Part shown: positions 25,370 through 38,719 of the stretch, in pieces | Position numbering within the stretch: position 1 is the stretch's first letter | Layout of the letters: each line of letters begins with the position of its first letter | Origin: Octopus bimaculoides | Taxonomy: Eukaryota | Assembly: GCF_001194135.2 (NCBI RefSeq) | Contig: NC_068982.1 | Coordinates: forward strand, 61,786,524-61,849,611 | DNA length: 63,088 bases | Reading direction: 5' to 3' | The notes under the pieces: generated by a model | Databases searched by the model: none | Seen by the model: only the letters and a program-made list of their open reading frames with translations | What the model was told of the DNA's origin: nothing | Translations under genes and position numbers: made by a program

Positions 25370-25770
25370 CATCCATATAGACTAGAGCTCAATCATGATG
25401 GTTATGCAACCTCAGTTGGAACTCAACACTTCCAAATTTGATTATTCCCACATAAAGACTGTGACTGCTAATGTGTTCATACTCCACTGAATAATGATAG
25501 AGCTACTCACTTATGCCAACATCTGACCTAATCATGCATAGTACCCAATACTCCCCTCTCCATGCCACCAATGTTATCCATGGGAAAAACAAAGGCTAAT
25601 ACAGCTTGGCACCAGTGACATCGCAACTCATTTCTGCGGCTGAGTGAACTGGAACAATGTGAAATAAAGTGTCTTGCTCAAGAACACAACACACAACCTG
25701 GTCCAGGAATCGAACTGACTACCTCATGATTGTGAGCCTGACACTCTAACCACTGAGCCATATGCCATTG
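25370..25770 (-). mobile_element. SINE family C copy
   Basis: Reverse complement of ggcatatggctcagtggttagagtgtc...gtgttcttgagcaagacactttatttcac. Confidence 0.75.
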
Positions 25771-27373
25771 TATTATTTCCTGTTTTAAGTTGTTATGTCT
25801 CAAGCTACTGCTATCTAGCACCTTCGGATGATCTCTATCCAACCGCTACACAACTGCTACTCGACTGCTACTCAACACTCCTACCACGGCCAGACTACCT
25901 CTATTCATATGTCTTGGGAGATCCTACATCTTCACCTGGGGGCGTCGACACAACATAAGTTTTCTTCTAGCTTTGATAAGATATTGATATATATGTAGAA
26001 TGCATTAGGAGTGAATTTCATTTTTCTAGCAATTTTTCCATCTCTATCAATGGCCAACTCTTAATTTTGCAAGATTTAAGAAATCTAATCTGCATTATTC
26101 TATTTTGTAGAATTCTGTGCAAGATGGTTGTGTTTTTACTTCTCCAGTTTTGTACCATATTCTGTTGTGTAATATGCTGTAAATATATGGATAGTCAACA
26201 AGAAAGTGTTGTATTTATATGTCTGATGCAATAGACTGAGGAGTAATGAAATTTAAAACTTTCATATTTGCATTGAAATTTATATATCACAATAATGTTC
26301 ATCTGAAATCTGTTTTTTGTCTTGTGGAAATATGATTTAGGGTTCATGTAGAAGTTTTACATTCAACTAATATTATAATATATTCTTAGTGTATTTTGCT
26401 CTTAAAGGTTTTTGACAACAGAATTATCCATGTCATATCTATGTTCCAATTTTGTACTATCAAAAAAAAGTGTTTGGTATTTAGGAATAATATTAGATAA
26501 CACTGATGTTTGCCCTAATTATCACATTTAATCCTATTGCAGTTATTTCTGATGTTGAAAAAAAACAAAAAAAAACAAACCTGTTTCTCATTATATAATT
26601 ATGTGCTCACTGCTATTTTAGATATACCATGGATTAATCTGTTATCACAAACTTTTTAAAGCAAAATACAGTAAGAATAATGTTAAACTTTTTCATGAAC
26701 CCCAAATCATATTTCTATAAGCCAAAAAGCAGATTTCAGATGGTTCCATGGTTAAGAAGTTTGCTTTCATTCATGTGATTTAGGGTTCAATTACACTGCA
26801 TGGTACCTTGATCAAGTGCTTTCTATTATAGCAGTGGACTGACCAAAAACCTTCTGAGTGGATTTGTTAGAGGAAAACTGAAAAAAAAACCCAGGTGCAT
26901 GTGTATATGCATGTGCATGTGGGTGTGTGCGTGCACGTGCATGCACGTGTGTGGATGCATGTGTGTGTGCATGTATGCATGTGCATGCATGTGTTTCTTT
27001 GTACCTCCTTGTTTGACATTGCATGATAGCTGTATGCAAGGGTTGTCATACAAGTGGTGTCCTTCTTTTCTAAACTTCTGTGAAAACATGTCCTGCAATG
27101 GGCAAATATTACCTTGTTTGGAAACTGGTATGGGTAGGTGGTAGGAAAGGCATCCAGTCATAGAAAATCTGTCTCAATGAATTCCTTTTGACCATGCATG
27201 ATGATGATGGTCTACTAACGTGTTTAAGTATCTGTTGTCGATGAATATTGATTAAATTATTTGTGGATGACATTGCAAAAGTGCTTTGGGATGAATTTTG
27301 CTCTTAAAATTTTATATTTATATGAACAATAAATTTGTGCATATTTAGGCATTTGTTGTTTTTATTATGTATG

Positions 27374-27419
<46 letters not shown>

Positions 27420-27829
27420 TACATACACACACACACAAGCATACACACATGCACACACACAAGCAAACACATGTGCACATGCACACATGTATGCATGCAT
27501 GTGCGCAGGTACACACATGCATGTATGCGTGTGCACACATACATATACACACACATTCTGCATGAGCCATTCCATATCCCTGTCTCTATTTGAACAGTGT
27601 TAAGCTTTAAATTCTGAGCAATCTTTTAGCCTATCAACCTTCAGATCCGTCTATTATAATGAATATATGATCAATGTACTGGGTATAAGTAGTAAAACAA
27701 AGTCTTGCAGAAACATAAATATACAATCTATACAGCTTTGTTACAACATATGGCGGAACCATATTAGACGACAGCAAATAGAGAAGAATGCAGAGGTATT
27801 CCATCGATTTTTCAGTGATTCAGTTACTC

Positions 27830-28060
27830 CAGGGTTTAAAGAAATGCTTCTTACTTGTACAAGGAACCAGTATTTTGTAGATTCCTTACTAACATTGTGA
27901 ACTGTTTGGATATGGAAAACAGAGTTGTTCCAAACATAAACATACAATCTATATCCAATATATTGATGATATATTCATTGGAACGGACACAGAAGATGTT
28001 GGGAAGTGAGAGGAAGACTTGGAAAATAACTGTCCTCAACTTTAATATCCTGTATAGTTC
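27830..28060 (+). pseudogene. Possible Penelope-like RT remnant
   Basis: Frameshifted KEMLLTCTRNQYF...FLTNIVNCLDMEN...YIQYIDDIFIG; only the YIDD motif is strong. Confidence 0.35.
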
Positions 28061-28418
28061 AAGAAAATGTCTAGTTGATTTAATATGATCATTTTTATAT
28101 GTAAATATTGGAGATTTGTACATTTATATAAGAATATATGGAAGTACTGAATATCTATTTATTTGTTTTTTCCATGCATGGGCTAGATTAATATGTATTA
28201 CTAAAGTATAGTTTTACAGCTGGATGCTTTTGTGTTACTAATCTTTACTTGTTTTTCAAGTGAAGAAAATTTTTTTTACTCTACATGTCTTTGAAAGTTT
28301 AGAGCTCTTGGTTGGATTGTTGTCAGGGAATTGTCGAATTTTACTGCTTGCNNNNNNNNNNNNNNNNNNNNNNNNNNNNNNNNNNNNNNNNNNNNNNNNN
28401 NNNNNNNNNNNNNNNNNN

Positions 28419-28488
<70 letters not shown>

Positions 28489-30579
28489 GCATGTATGAAT
28501 GCATATACATATATGATAGGTTTCACACAGTTTCTCTCTACCAAATTTCTGTCTACCAATTCACTTGGTTGATCTGGAGCTACAGCAGCGGAAGAGACTT
28601 GCCCAAGGTGCTACCGAGTAGCTGAGAAGCAAACTTCATAACCACACAGCCATATCAGTTATAAGTTCCCTTATAGAGGTGTCTGTAGGTTCTCTTCCAT
28701 AAGTGTTGTTCAGTTCTTCTCAACAAATGTATTATTGTAAATAGTTGCATCATCATCATCATCATCATTTAACATCTGTTTTCCATGCTAGCATGGGTTG
28801 ATGGTTTGATCAGAGCTAGTAAGGCCAAGGGCTGCACCAGGCTCCATTATCTGTTCTGGCATGGTTTCTACGACTGGATGTCCTTCCTAACACCAACCAC
28901 TCCACAGAGTGTACTGAGTGTTTTTTAACATGGTACCAGCACAAGTGCTTTTTATGTGACAGTAGCTCTGATATTAATTCACTTGTGGCAGATGGGTCTC
29001 CTCGAGTACAGTAATGCATCAAATATCTGAGTCCTTTGTCATCACCTTCTTAAGACTCAGTGTCTTGTGTTCAACCTTCAATACTTTGTCCCAGGTCTTC
29101 CTAGGTCTCTCTCTTCCAGAAGTTCCATCCAATTTATTATCCATTATATGATAAGACAAACACTAGTGTATAATATATAAGATGTTAATGGACCAAGCTG
29201 TAAAACAATAGATAAACAGATTCAGCTCAGTAAATACAACACACACTACATCAAGTGAAAAACAAACAACACATAATATGTAATAGATAGACGAAAAGAT
29301 TGTAGAGTAGAATAATATGTTGACGAAATACTTATGACAGGATCAGATTGTGTATTACATTTAATCGTAAACTAGCATTAATAATATATTACAGTACAAC
29401 AAAGTGAAAAAAACACAAAAGAAAACAAAAAACAATGCAAAAAACAAACTAAAATAAACCCTCTTCTGCAACAAAAAGCTACATATCTGCAAGCTGCAGA
29501 ATAAACTTTATGTAACAAATGTAATTTACGAATTTATATGCAGCACATGCAAGTTGTAAACTTCATGTTTCTAGTAGTTATAATGGCCATACATATATGA
29601 TATGTTCTAAATGACTCAACATGTATTTACAACACAAAACCTTTTTGCAACATATTACACAACATAATACAAAACAAGCTGCAAAAATATCAGTTGATAA
29701 CACCACAAACCTAATACAAACATGCATACATACATACATACATGCATACATACATACACACACATATACATACATACACATATATATGTATATATATGTG
29801 TATGTATGTATATGTTCATATGCATACGCACATGCACATATATGTAGAACAATAATCATGGAAGCTGTATTAATATCAAAATAGGATGCAGAAGTTAACA
29901 TGTAGATAGTGTACCTCACTAAAAAGATGACTTCCTGATAGCTGAATGAAACTTGGAGTTATCAGTAAAAAAGAAAAACACAAATCCCGCAGTAATGGCA
30001 TCATCATCATCAAAATCATCTTAACCACAACCACCACTGCTATTACCATAACCATCAATATCACCACCACTATCAGCATCATCATTATTATTGTTGATGT
30101 TGTCCCCCTCCTCCTCCTCCTCCTCCTCCTCCTCNNNNNNNNNNNNNNNNNNNNNNNNNNNNNNNNNNNNNNNNNNNNNNNNNNNNNNNNNNNNNNNNNC
30201 ATCATCATTATTATTGTTGATGTTGTCCCCCTCCTCCTCTTCACCATCATCATTATTGTCATCATCATAATCATCATCGCTGTCATCATCATCCATTGTC
30301 ATGAACATCATTATCAGCAGCAGCATCACCACCACCACCATTCCTATGATTCCTGTCTGTTAATAACCATTTCATTAGGAGGATATGCTTGAAGAAAATA
30401 CAAAAGATGAATAAGAAAATACAAAAAATATTTAATATTTAAATGCAAAACTTGAACACTATTATGATTTCAATATACACACAGATGTATATAAAGATGC
30501 ATACTTTCATACATAAATGTATATACACATGCATGCATCCACCCATCTATCCATCCATCCATCCATGCAAATACAAGGA

Positions 30580-30635
<56 letters not shown>

Positions 30636-30674
30636 AATGATGCAGCCCATACATGCACGCACGCACACACACAC

Positions 30675-30712
<38 letters not shown>

Positions 30713-30877
30713 ACACACATGTATTGCGAAGTGTAGAGAATGGAGAAGGTAAATTCAGAATACATATGTTTCCAAACCAACCTTAACATGGTTTATATAA
30801 TTTGCAACAACATATGCTGATTAATAAACATTGTTGATAGAGTATCATCTGCTTTTTGTCATCTATATGACAAAATG

Positions 30878-31518
30878 GTTAGTGAGAGCTGTGTAACTCA
30901 TGTACAGGGATGCTGTCAGTAAGGAGAAGGTTGGCAACGAGTACAGTGAAGAATACCGGGTAGGGGTCCACCAAGGATCAGTCCTCAGCCCACTCTTATT
31001 AATCATAGTCCTCCAGGCAATAACTGAGGAATTCAAGACAGGATGCCCCTGGAAGCTCCTCTATGCTGATGACCTTGCTCTAATTGCTGAGTCACTATCA
31101 GAACTAGAGGAAAAGTTTCAGGTGTGGAAGCAAGAATTAGAATCGAAGGGCCTTAGAGTCAACCTAGCTAAAACCAAAGTCTTAATAAGTAGGAAGGCAG
31201 ACAAACCACAATCCCTTCAGGTAGATGGCCCTGCTCGATCTGTAGAAAAGGTCTAGGTAGAAACTCCATAAGATGTACCCAGTGTAAGCCATGGACACAT
31301 AAGAGGTGCAGCAATATCAAAGGAAGGCTAACTGGGAAGATAGTTTTTGTGTGTGGCAAATGCTCAGGAGCAATAAACACTGAAAATGTGCAGAGAACAG
31401 CTTCTGTCACATTCCAGGGAGAAAAATTAGAAGTAGTTGATAGCTTCCATTACCTAGGGGAACAAGTCAGTAGCTGGGGTGGATGCTCTGAAAGTGTAGC
31501 TGCTAGACTAAGAATAGC
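30878..31518 (+). mobile_element. RTE LINE RT fragment
   Basis: ORF 30900..31256: GVHQGSVLSPLLLIIVLQAITEEFKTGCPWKLLYADDLALIAES...GLRVNLAKTKV; continues to LEVVDSFHYLG...AARLRIA. Confidence 0.9.
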
Positions 31519-32158
31519 CTCGAAGTGTGCTCCTTATTGCTTTCTCAACTGGAAAAGACCACTTTTTCATCAAATGATTACTTGTGATGAGAAATGGATA
31601 CTCTTTGACAACAGCAGGAGAACAAGACAGTGATTAGATGCAGGAGAGTCATCTAAACACTACCCAAACCCACCATTGCACCCTAAAAATTTAATGGTCA
31701 CTGTATGGTGGTCTGCAAAGGGAGTTATTCATTATTCAGTTTTGAAACAAGGAAAAAAGATAACAGCAACATCGTATTGCCAGGAAATTGATTGTATGCA
31801 TGAGAATTTGGAAAAGAAGCAACCCAGACTAGTGAATAGAGATGGCCCAATTTTGCTCCACAACAATGCACATCCTCACACTCCTCAAGCTACAGTCCAA
31901 AAGCTGCAAAGCCTGAATTATGAGATTTTGCAACATCCTCCTTGTTCCCCTGATATCTCTCATACTGATTACCACTTATCTAAGCATTTTGAGCTTTATG
32001 TAAGCGATAAAATATTCTTAAATAGAGAAGAGGTAATTGAAGCATTCAGATAGTTTCTCACAGCAGAGGATGAATTTTTTTTATAGATGGAATATATGAC
32101 ATAGAGAAACGTTGGGTAAATATATAAATGAACATGGATCATACTTTGATTAAATAGA
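31519..32158 (+). mobile_element. Mariner (DD34D) transposase C-terminal remnant
   Basis: ITCDEKWILFDN, HPKNLMVTVWWSAKG, LLHNNAHPH, HPPCSPDISHTDYHL and GSYFD*. 34 residues separate the second acidic position (D mutated to N) from the third D. Confidence 0.9.
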
Positions 32159-32455
32159 NNNNNNNNNNNNNNNNNNNNNNNNNNNNNNNNNNNNNNNTAT
32201 ATATATATATATATATCTGTTCTCCTTAGCATTATTAATGCTATATTTATATATGCACGTATCTATGTTCGAAGGTTATAAAGGACACAGGTTTCGTGTG
32301 TCACATAGCTAGCTAGAGGCGATGGCTTCTTGGAGCTAATTCACGGCAGCTTTCGTCCTAATTTTGGGACTGCCATGTTGGCTTGGCGATAACTATTAAT
32401 TTCCAGTACCGCTGCCGTAGTCTCCTTTAGAGAGACTTAGAAATATTAATAACTC

Positions 32456-32492
<37 letters not shown>

Positions 32493-32626
32493 TATATACA
32501 TATATGTATATGTGTATGTATGTACATATATATGTGTGTATATATATTTTTTCAAACTTGTTGGAATGTGATTATGTGAGTTGTCCTTTTTTGTATTGTC
32601 TTCATGCTGTCTTTCATGTCGTGAAG

Positions 32627-32714
32627 CATCCTGATGAGGGGAGTGTCTGGTTCTTTTAAATTCATGAAATTCATGTCATATTAACTAACACGTCTCCGAA
32701 ACGGTCCGTCAATG
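32627..32714 (+). ncRNA. Hammerhead ribozyme motif (one stem I mismatch)
   Basis: CATC-CTGATGA-GGGGAGTGT...ACACGTCTCC-GAAAC-GGTCC-GTC/AATG. Stem II is 9 bp with a bulge; stem III is near-palindromic ACGGTCCGT. Confidence 0.65.
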
Positions 32715-32909
32715 AAACTTTTAGATCCAATGAACATTGTCTCTAATTTTAGAATGTCCGTTTAAGGCTGTAAAATGTCTGACTTTCTACTTTCCAAATA
32801 TGTGCCATTTGTTTGGGTAGACCCAAGGGAGCTGAGTTTATAAGCAAAGAAAATATGAGGAAACAAGCACAGAAATTTGCATAGTGCGCTTGTGTGTGTG
32901 TGTGTGTGT

Positions 32910-33215
32910 GAAGGCACATGGCTCAGTGGTTAGAGTGTTGGGCTTATAATTGTGAGCTTGTGATTTTGATTCCTGCACCAGGCTGTGTGTTGTGTTCTTG
33001 AGCAAGACACTTTATTTCATGTTGCACCAGTTCACTCAGCTGTTGAAATGAGTTGCAGCATCACTGGTTCCACGTTATATTGGCATTTGCCTTTCATTAG
33101 AACAACATTATTGGCATGAAGAGGGGAGGCTGGTATGCATGGGTGACAGCTGATCTTCCACAAGCAACCTTGCCTGAACTTGTGCCTCAGAAGGGAACTT
33201 GAGGTGCAATCTCAT
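32910..33215 (+). mobile_element. SINE family C copy
   Basis: gtgaaggcacatggctcagtggttagag head and shared core. Confidence 0.75.
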
Positions 33216-33809
33216 GATCATCACCTACTCTTCCTTCTCTTCCTTCCAACATATATTTATTATTCCTCAAAGCTTGTTCTTCATTCATCGTATTTATTTC
33301 CTTATCCATTTCCTGTCTCTAACCATCACTCATTATTCTCATACACTTTTGCAACCTCTACCCACCCATGCTCTCTACTCACCTCATACCTTGAGGATTA
33401 ACCCTGGCACCTCATTTTATCTCTCTTTCCAGCTCTGTTCTGGTTATTCTTACCCTTTCTTCTGTAATGGGAGTAGCTATGTAGCTATGTAGCTCATCAG
33501 CAAATAATTTGTTCTGTTCTGGCCTCTTCTCTCATACTTTATCCTCTCATCTCCTAACATAAAGCTATCTCTGTCCCTCTGTTGTATCCCCCACTCAGTT
33601 GAAGGGGATATTAGTCTTGCAAACTTCATGGTGACCACTCAAATGTATGTGCCACAAAAAAAGCATCCAGTACATTCTGTAAAGTGGTTGGCATTAGCAA
33701 GAGCATCTAGCCTTAGAAATCACGTCAAAGACTGGAGCATAATGCAGTCTTCAGAACTGCTGGATCTGATCAAAACATCCAACCCATGCCAGCAGGGGTC
33801 ATGGATATT

Positions 33810-33878
<69 letters not shown>

Positions 33879-33958
33879 GTCCCCCACACACACACATGAG
33901 AGAGAGAAATATAAACATGCACATTTCCATAAATGCATACACACACACACACACACAC

Positions 33959-33997
<39 letters not shown>

Positions 33998-34527
33998 AAA
34001 CATGCACACTTCAATAAATGCACGCACACACACACACACACACACACACTCATGTATAAATATAACAAGTATATTCTTAGATAATAATTTTTAAAAGCAA
34101 ACAACAAAGTAAGTAATATTAATACTGAGAAAGTTTATGTGAAATGTAACTGAACACAAAAATATGTACATACAGAGACTTAAAGAAACATCATTGCCTG
34201 CCAGGAAATATTTTTATCATTATGTATAGCTTAATGTGATGTTCAACACATACGAGTAAACATATACATAAATGTTTCAGTAAATATAATCCTAATGAAT
34301 ATACATTAGTTTATAGAATATCATATCACAATGCACAGGTATGTGAACAAATGCACTAATGCAGGTATTTTGAAATAGTTGTATACACACATGCACACAA
34401 ACATGAATGACAACAACAATACATTTGCATATCTATCTATCTATGTATCATATATATACATACATGCACCCCCCCCCCCCNNNNNNNNNNNNNNNNCCAC
34501 ACACACACATACACACACATACATTTT

Positions 34528-34708
34528 GGAGCAGCTATGTGGTAAGTAGCTTGGTTACCAACCACATTGCTCCAGGTTCAGTCCCACTGCATGGCATTTT
34601 GGGTGTCTTCTACTATAGCCTCGGACCGACCAAAGCCTTGTGAGTAGATTTGGTAGATGGAAACTGAAAGAAGCTTGTCATATATATATGTGTGTGTATG
34701 TGTGTGTA

Positions 34709-34746
<38 letters not shown>

Positions 34747-34900
34747 TGTGTTTGTGTATCTGTGTTTGTCCCCTAACATTGCTTGACAACCGATGCTGGT
34801 GTGTTTACATACCCGTAACTTAGCGGTTCGGCAAAAAGAGGCTGGTAGAATAAGTACTTGGCTTACAAAGAATAAGTCCTGGGGTCAATTTGCTCAACTA
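34528..34900 (+). mobile_element. Composite SINE family A
   Basis: Head + TA/TG microsatellite + right module. Confidence 0.8.
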
Positions 34901-35086
34901 AAAGTGGGAGACAATCGAGAATGAGAGGGTGAGAGAGACAGAGAGGGAAAGAGGAAGAAAGAAAAGGGGGTAAAANNNNNNNNNNNNNNNNNNNNNNNNN
35001 NNNNNNNNNNNNNNNNNNNNNNNNNNNNNNNNNNNNNNNNNNNNNNNNNNNNNNNNNNNNNNNNNNNNNNNNNNNNNNNNNNNNNN

Positions 35087-35132
<46 letters not shown>

Positions 35133-35329
35133 CCAAATTGAGGGAGTGGAACAGGTAAAATCCAAGCTACATATGTTTCTGAACTAGCAGATCCTCTGAT
35201 GTAATAATTACTCAATGAGGGGTACAACTTTTGTTGCCAACAAATTATTATTGTTCCTGAACATTGTTTTTTGTACCTACTATGGAAAACATACCCCTTT
35301 GAAAAAAATGACATGTATAGAGGAGAACT

Positions 35330-35690
35330 ATGTAGTGTGCAAGTATAGCCCTGGTGTCAACTGCAAAACTAGAAATGTAGTTAACCAAATAAACTGCATG
35401 GATGGTGATTGTAAACCTGGAGGATTGCATACATAGGTGAAACGGTGAGAAGTTTGGCTGGGCACATAAAAGAATATTGGAGGGAGTAGAGGGATCAAAG
35501 ACAAGCCTCGATACTCTATCAGCATGCCAAAGAACAACATGGTGGTGTGCTGAACCGGATTAGCATAGAAATCCTCTCTAGACACCCGAATGACGCATCG
35601 CTATGACAGATACGAGAGTCAGTCTTCATAAAAAAAAACACGACTGGTTTTGAATAGTAAATACTCTCAATGGGCAAAGGCCTTACACAG
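35330..35690 (+). pseudogene. GIY-YIG endonuclease remnant of a second Penelope-like family
   Basis: With frameshifts: CKTRNVVNQINC...YIGETVRSLA...LYQHAKEQHGG...IEILSRHPNDASL*QIRESVFI...LNSK. Confidence 0.7.
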
Positions 35691-35933
35691 GATGCACACA
35701 CATGGATGCATACACATATACACACATACACACACACATGAACAAACATACACACACACACACACACACACACATGAACAGACATATACACACACACTTG
35801 CAAAGACAAACAAGGACACAGACATGCCCTCACACCCACATGCATACACACATACACATATGCACACACACGGAAACATGCATACAGAAGCACACAAGAA
35901 CACACAAACACATAGGAACTCACACACATATGA

Positions 35934-35968
<35 letters not shown>

Positions 35969-36565
35969 AAGACACACTGAGACACAAACACTTAATCACA
36001 CACACACACAGACATGCAAACACAGACACACACACTCATACACACATGGACATATGCGCGCACATATGTGTGCTCATACTCATGCACAAATAGACATTAA
36101 TTTATTCAACATTTGTCAAACAAAGAAGGTTTAACTGTTTTTGAGAGAAACATCATATGGATAAATGTATACGTTTGTGAAGAAAACAAAGGGAAACCAA
36201 AACCACTATGAAAAATGACACAAGTCAGTATTTAAAACACATACACACACACACACACACACATGGATGCACACACTTACATATAAACACAGACAAATAC
36301 AGACAAACATACACACACTCACATACTTATCTCAGACAGATCTCGGATGAATCCCAATGCTGGAGCATAAGTTCAAAAGAAATGGAAGTCGAGAGACATG
36401 TTACTGAAGCGGTTGCAACAATGTGATGAAATAATTATTTGACAACAAAAAGAAATAACACAAACAATACTGAACAATAACAATAAAGAACCGAACCAGT
36501 GTGTGCATTTATTATTATCAGCATAATGCTCCTCCCAAGGTTCAACAAAATTACATATTGATATA

Positions 36566-36796
36566 CAGTAATCCCTCGCCATATTGCTGTTCACCTATCA
36601 CAGTTCACCTATTGCAGTTTATTTTCTATGCTTATGTCTATTCCTCCGTGGTATTGTTTTGCATTTATAATAAAATAAATATAGTAAAATAAATTTTTAA
36701 AATAATTAAAAAAATATACAGTATAATACTGTTTCTTCTTCGCAGATTTTCACCTATCACAGGAGATCTTGGAATGTAACAGTCGAGGGATTATTG
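36566..36796. mobile_element. Pogo/Tigger-type MITE
   Basis: TIRs CAGTAATCCCTCG / CGAGGGATTATTG (12/13), flanked by TA on both sides. Confidence 0.7.
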
Positions 36797-36820
36797 TATA
36801 TATCAATATTTATATACATA

Positions 36821-38262
36821 CAAGGTTATTCAAATAGAATGAACCAATTTCATTATGCAATATCTTAATAAGGAAAAGCAATAGAAAACTCCAGCTAAGT
36901 CACAAGTATTTACTCACAATCAACTTTTATTTCCTGTCTTACAAGTGTTCAAGAGTTGATCACTGTTGTTATTCAATGTTTAAGGTCATCGAGGTTAGTG
37001 GATAGTGGAGTTTTCTAAGTTCTGAATGGCTGCCACAGGGGTGCTGTAGTTGCGTCGTTCTTCTGGCAACTTCCAGTTGTTTGTTTACACTCAGAATGGC
37101 GAGTCCTCAACAAAACACATTCTGTGTTCTTGAGTTCGTGAAAACAAATTCAGTTATCATGGTGCAGCATGTTTTTTGAAGGTGATTCAACATTAATCCA
37201 TTCTCTCCTAAGAACATTTGATGGTGGTTTCAACAGTTTCAAGAGAGTGGGTGTCTGTGTAAAGGGAAAAGTTCAGGATAACCACAAGTTTCAGAGAAAC
37301 AAGTGGTAAGAATCCATGCTGTGTTTGAGGGGAGCCCGCAGAAGTCCACAAATCGAGCTAGCTGTGAGTTTGCGATCCCTCAATCCACTATTTGGCATGT
37401 GCTAAGAAGACGTCTGCATTTGAAACCATACAGACTATGCCTCATCCAGGCACTTACCAATGACAACAAGTGGAAGCAAATGGAATTTTGTGAATCAATG
37501 CTGGAGATGATGGAAGATAAAACCTTCATTTCACATCTAATTTTTAGTGATGAAATGACTTTTCACTTGAGTCGTACAGTCAATCATCACAATGTGTGTA
37601 TTTGGGGAAAAGAGCACCCACATGAAACAGTTGAGCATGAAAGAGATTCCCCTAAAGTGAACGCCTTTTGTGCTATGTCTCAGGACAAGGTTTCTGGTCC
37701 CTTTTTCTTTGAAGGAAACACTGTTACAGGACAAACTTATCTTGATATGCTCCAAGACTGGCTCTTCACTTCACTGCAAGCAGATTTACACGACTTCATT
37801 TTCAACAAAATGGACCACCGCTCCATTGGCACCTGATGGTTTGAGCCTTTTTAAATGAAAATGTGCCCCAGCGATGGATTGGTCGGAAAAGGGCCCAAGA
37901 CCTTGCTCTTTGTGCTTGGCCTGCGAGATTCTCAGACCTCACTGTGTGTGATTTTTTTCTTGTGGAGATATGTAAAAGATCATGCTTATGTTCCACCACT
38001 ACCCACTAACCTTGATGACGTTAAACATCGAATAACAACAGCAATCAGCTCAGTGGATCATGATATGCTATGTGTCTGGGAGGAATTCTCTTATCACATT
38101 GATGTTGCCTGTGCTGCAGGTCGTGGCCACATTGAACACTTGTAAGACAGGAAATAAAAGTTGGTTGTGAGTAAATACTTGTGATTTAGCTGGAGTTTTC
38201 TATTGCTTTTCCTTATTAAAATATTGCGTAATGAAATCGATTCATTCTTTCTGAAAATCCTG
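36821..38262 (+). mobile_element. Full-length rosa/DD41D-related Tc1/mariner element with ~131-bp TIRs; transposase inactivated
   Basis: TIRs at 36821-36952 and 38132-38262; TA on both flanks. Transposase from ATG 37096 (MASPQQNTFCVLEF) to stop 38145: IFSDE, QQ(N)GPP.HW, RWIGR, WPARFSDLTVCDFF, GHIEHL*. Contains stops and frameshifts. Confidence 0.9.
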
Positions 38263-38288
38263 TATATCTACATATATACAATTACATA

Positions 38289-38365
<77 letters not shown>

Positions 38366-38719
38366 GAAACCATAATGATATCCATGGGGCAGTATGTTGG
38401 ATTGTTGGTATGGCTGTTTTTGTATATGCGGAATAATTTTATAAGATACTCGATCATTTACAAGCACCAATGATGAACTTAAAAGAGAGGACAGGTTCTT
38501 CCATTAGTTAGATACATGATTTGTGTTTCATGGGAGGATCCAGTTTTCTCTTACTGTCATAAATTGTGGCTCATTAAAGTCATATAATTTACTAATTTAT
38601 TAGAAGTTTTTAAACCATTGGTGTATAGCTCGATGTAGATACTTACATAACATGCATTTATACAAACATACCACATCCTTTTGGAGGCTTATCATGTTTT
38701 TACAACAGAGAACATTTGC

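Noticed and set aside
26040-26530. Possible Penelope RT remnant on the minus strand (also 19330-19500)
   Set aside because: Only scattered motif echoes (GANIS, LDFLNL) in different frames; not supportable without a profile search.
30078-30240. Duplicated sequence on both sides of small gaps (also 10545-10590 versus 10735-10780)
   Set aside because: Typical unmerged contig overlaps, not biological tandem duplications.
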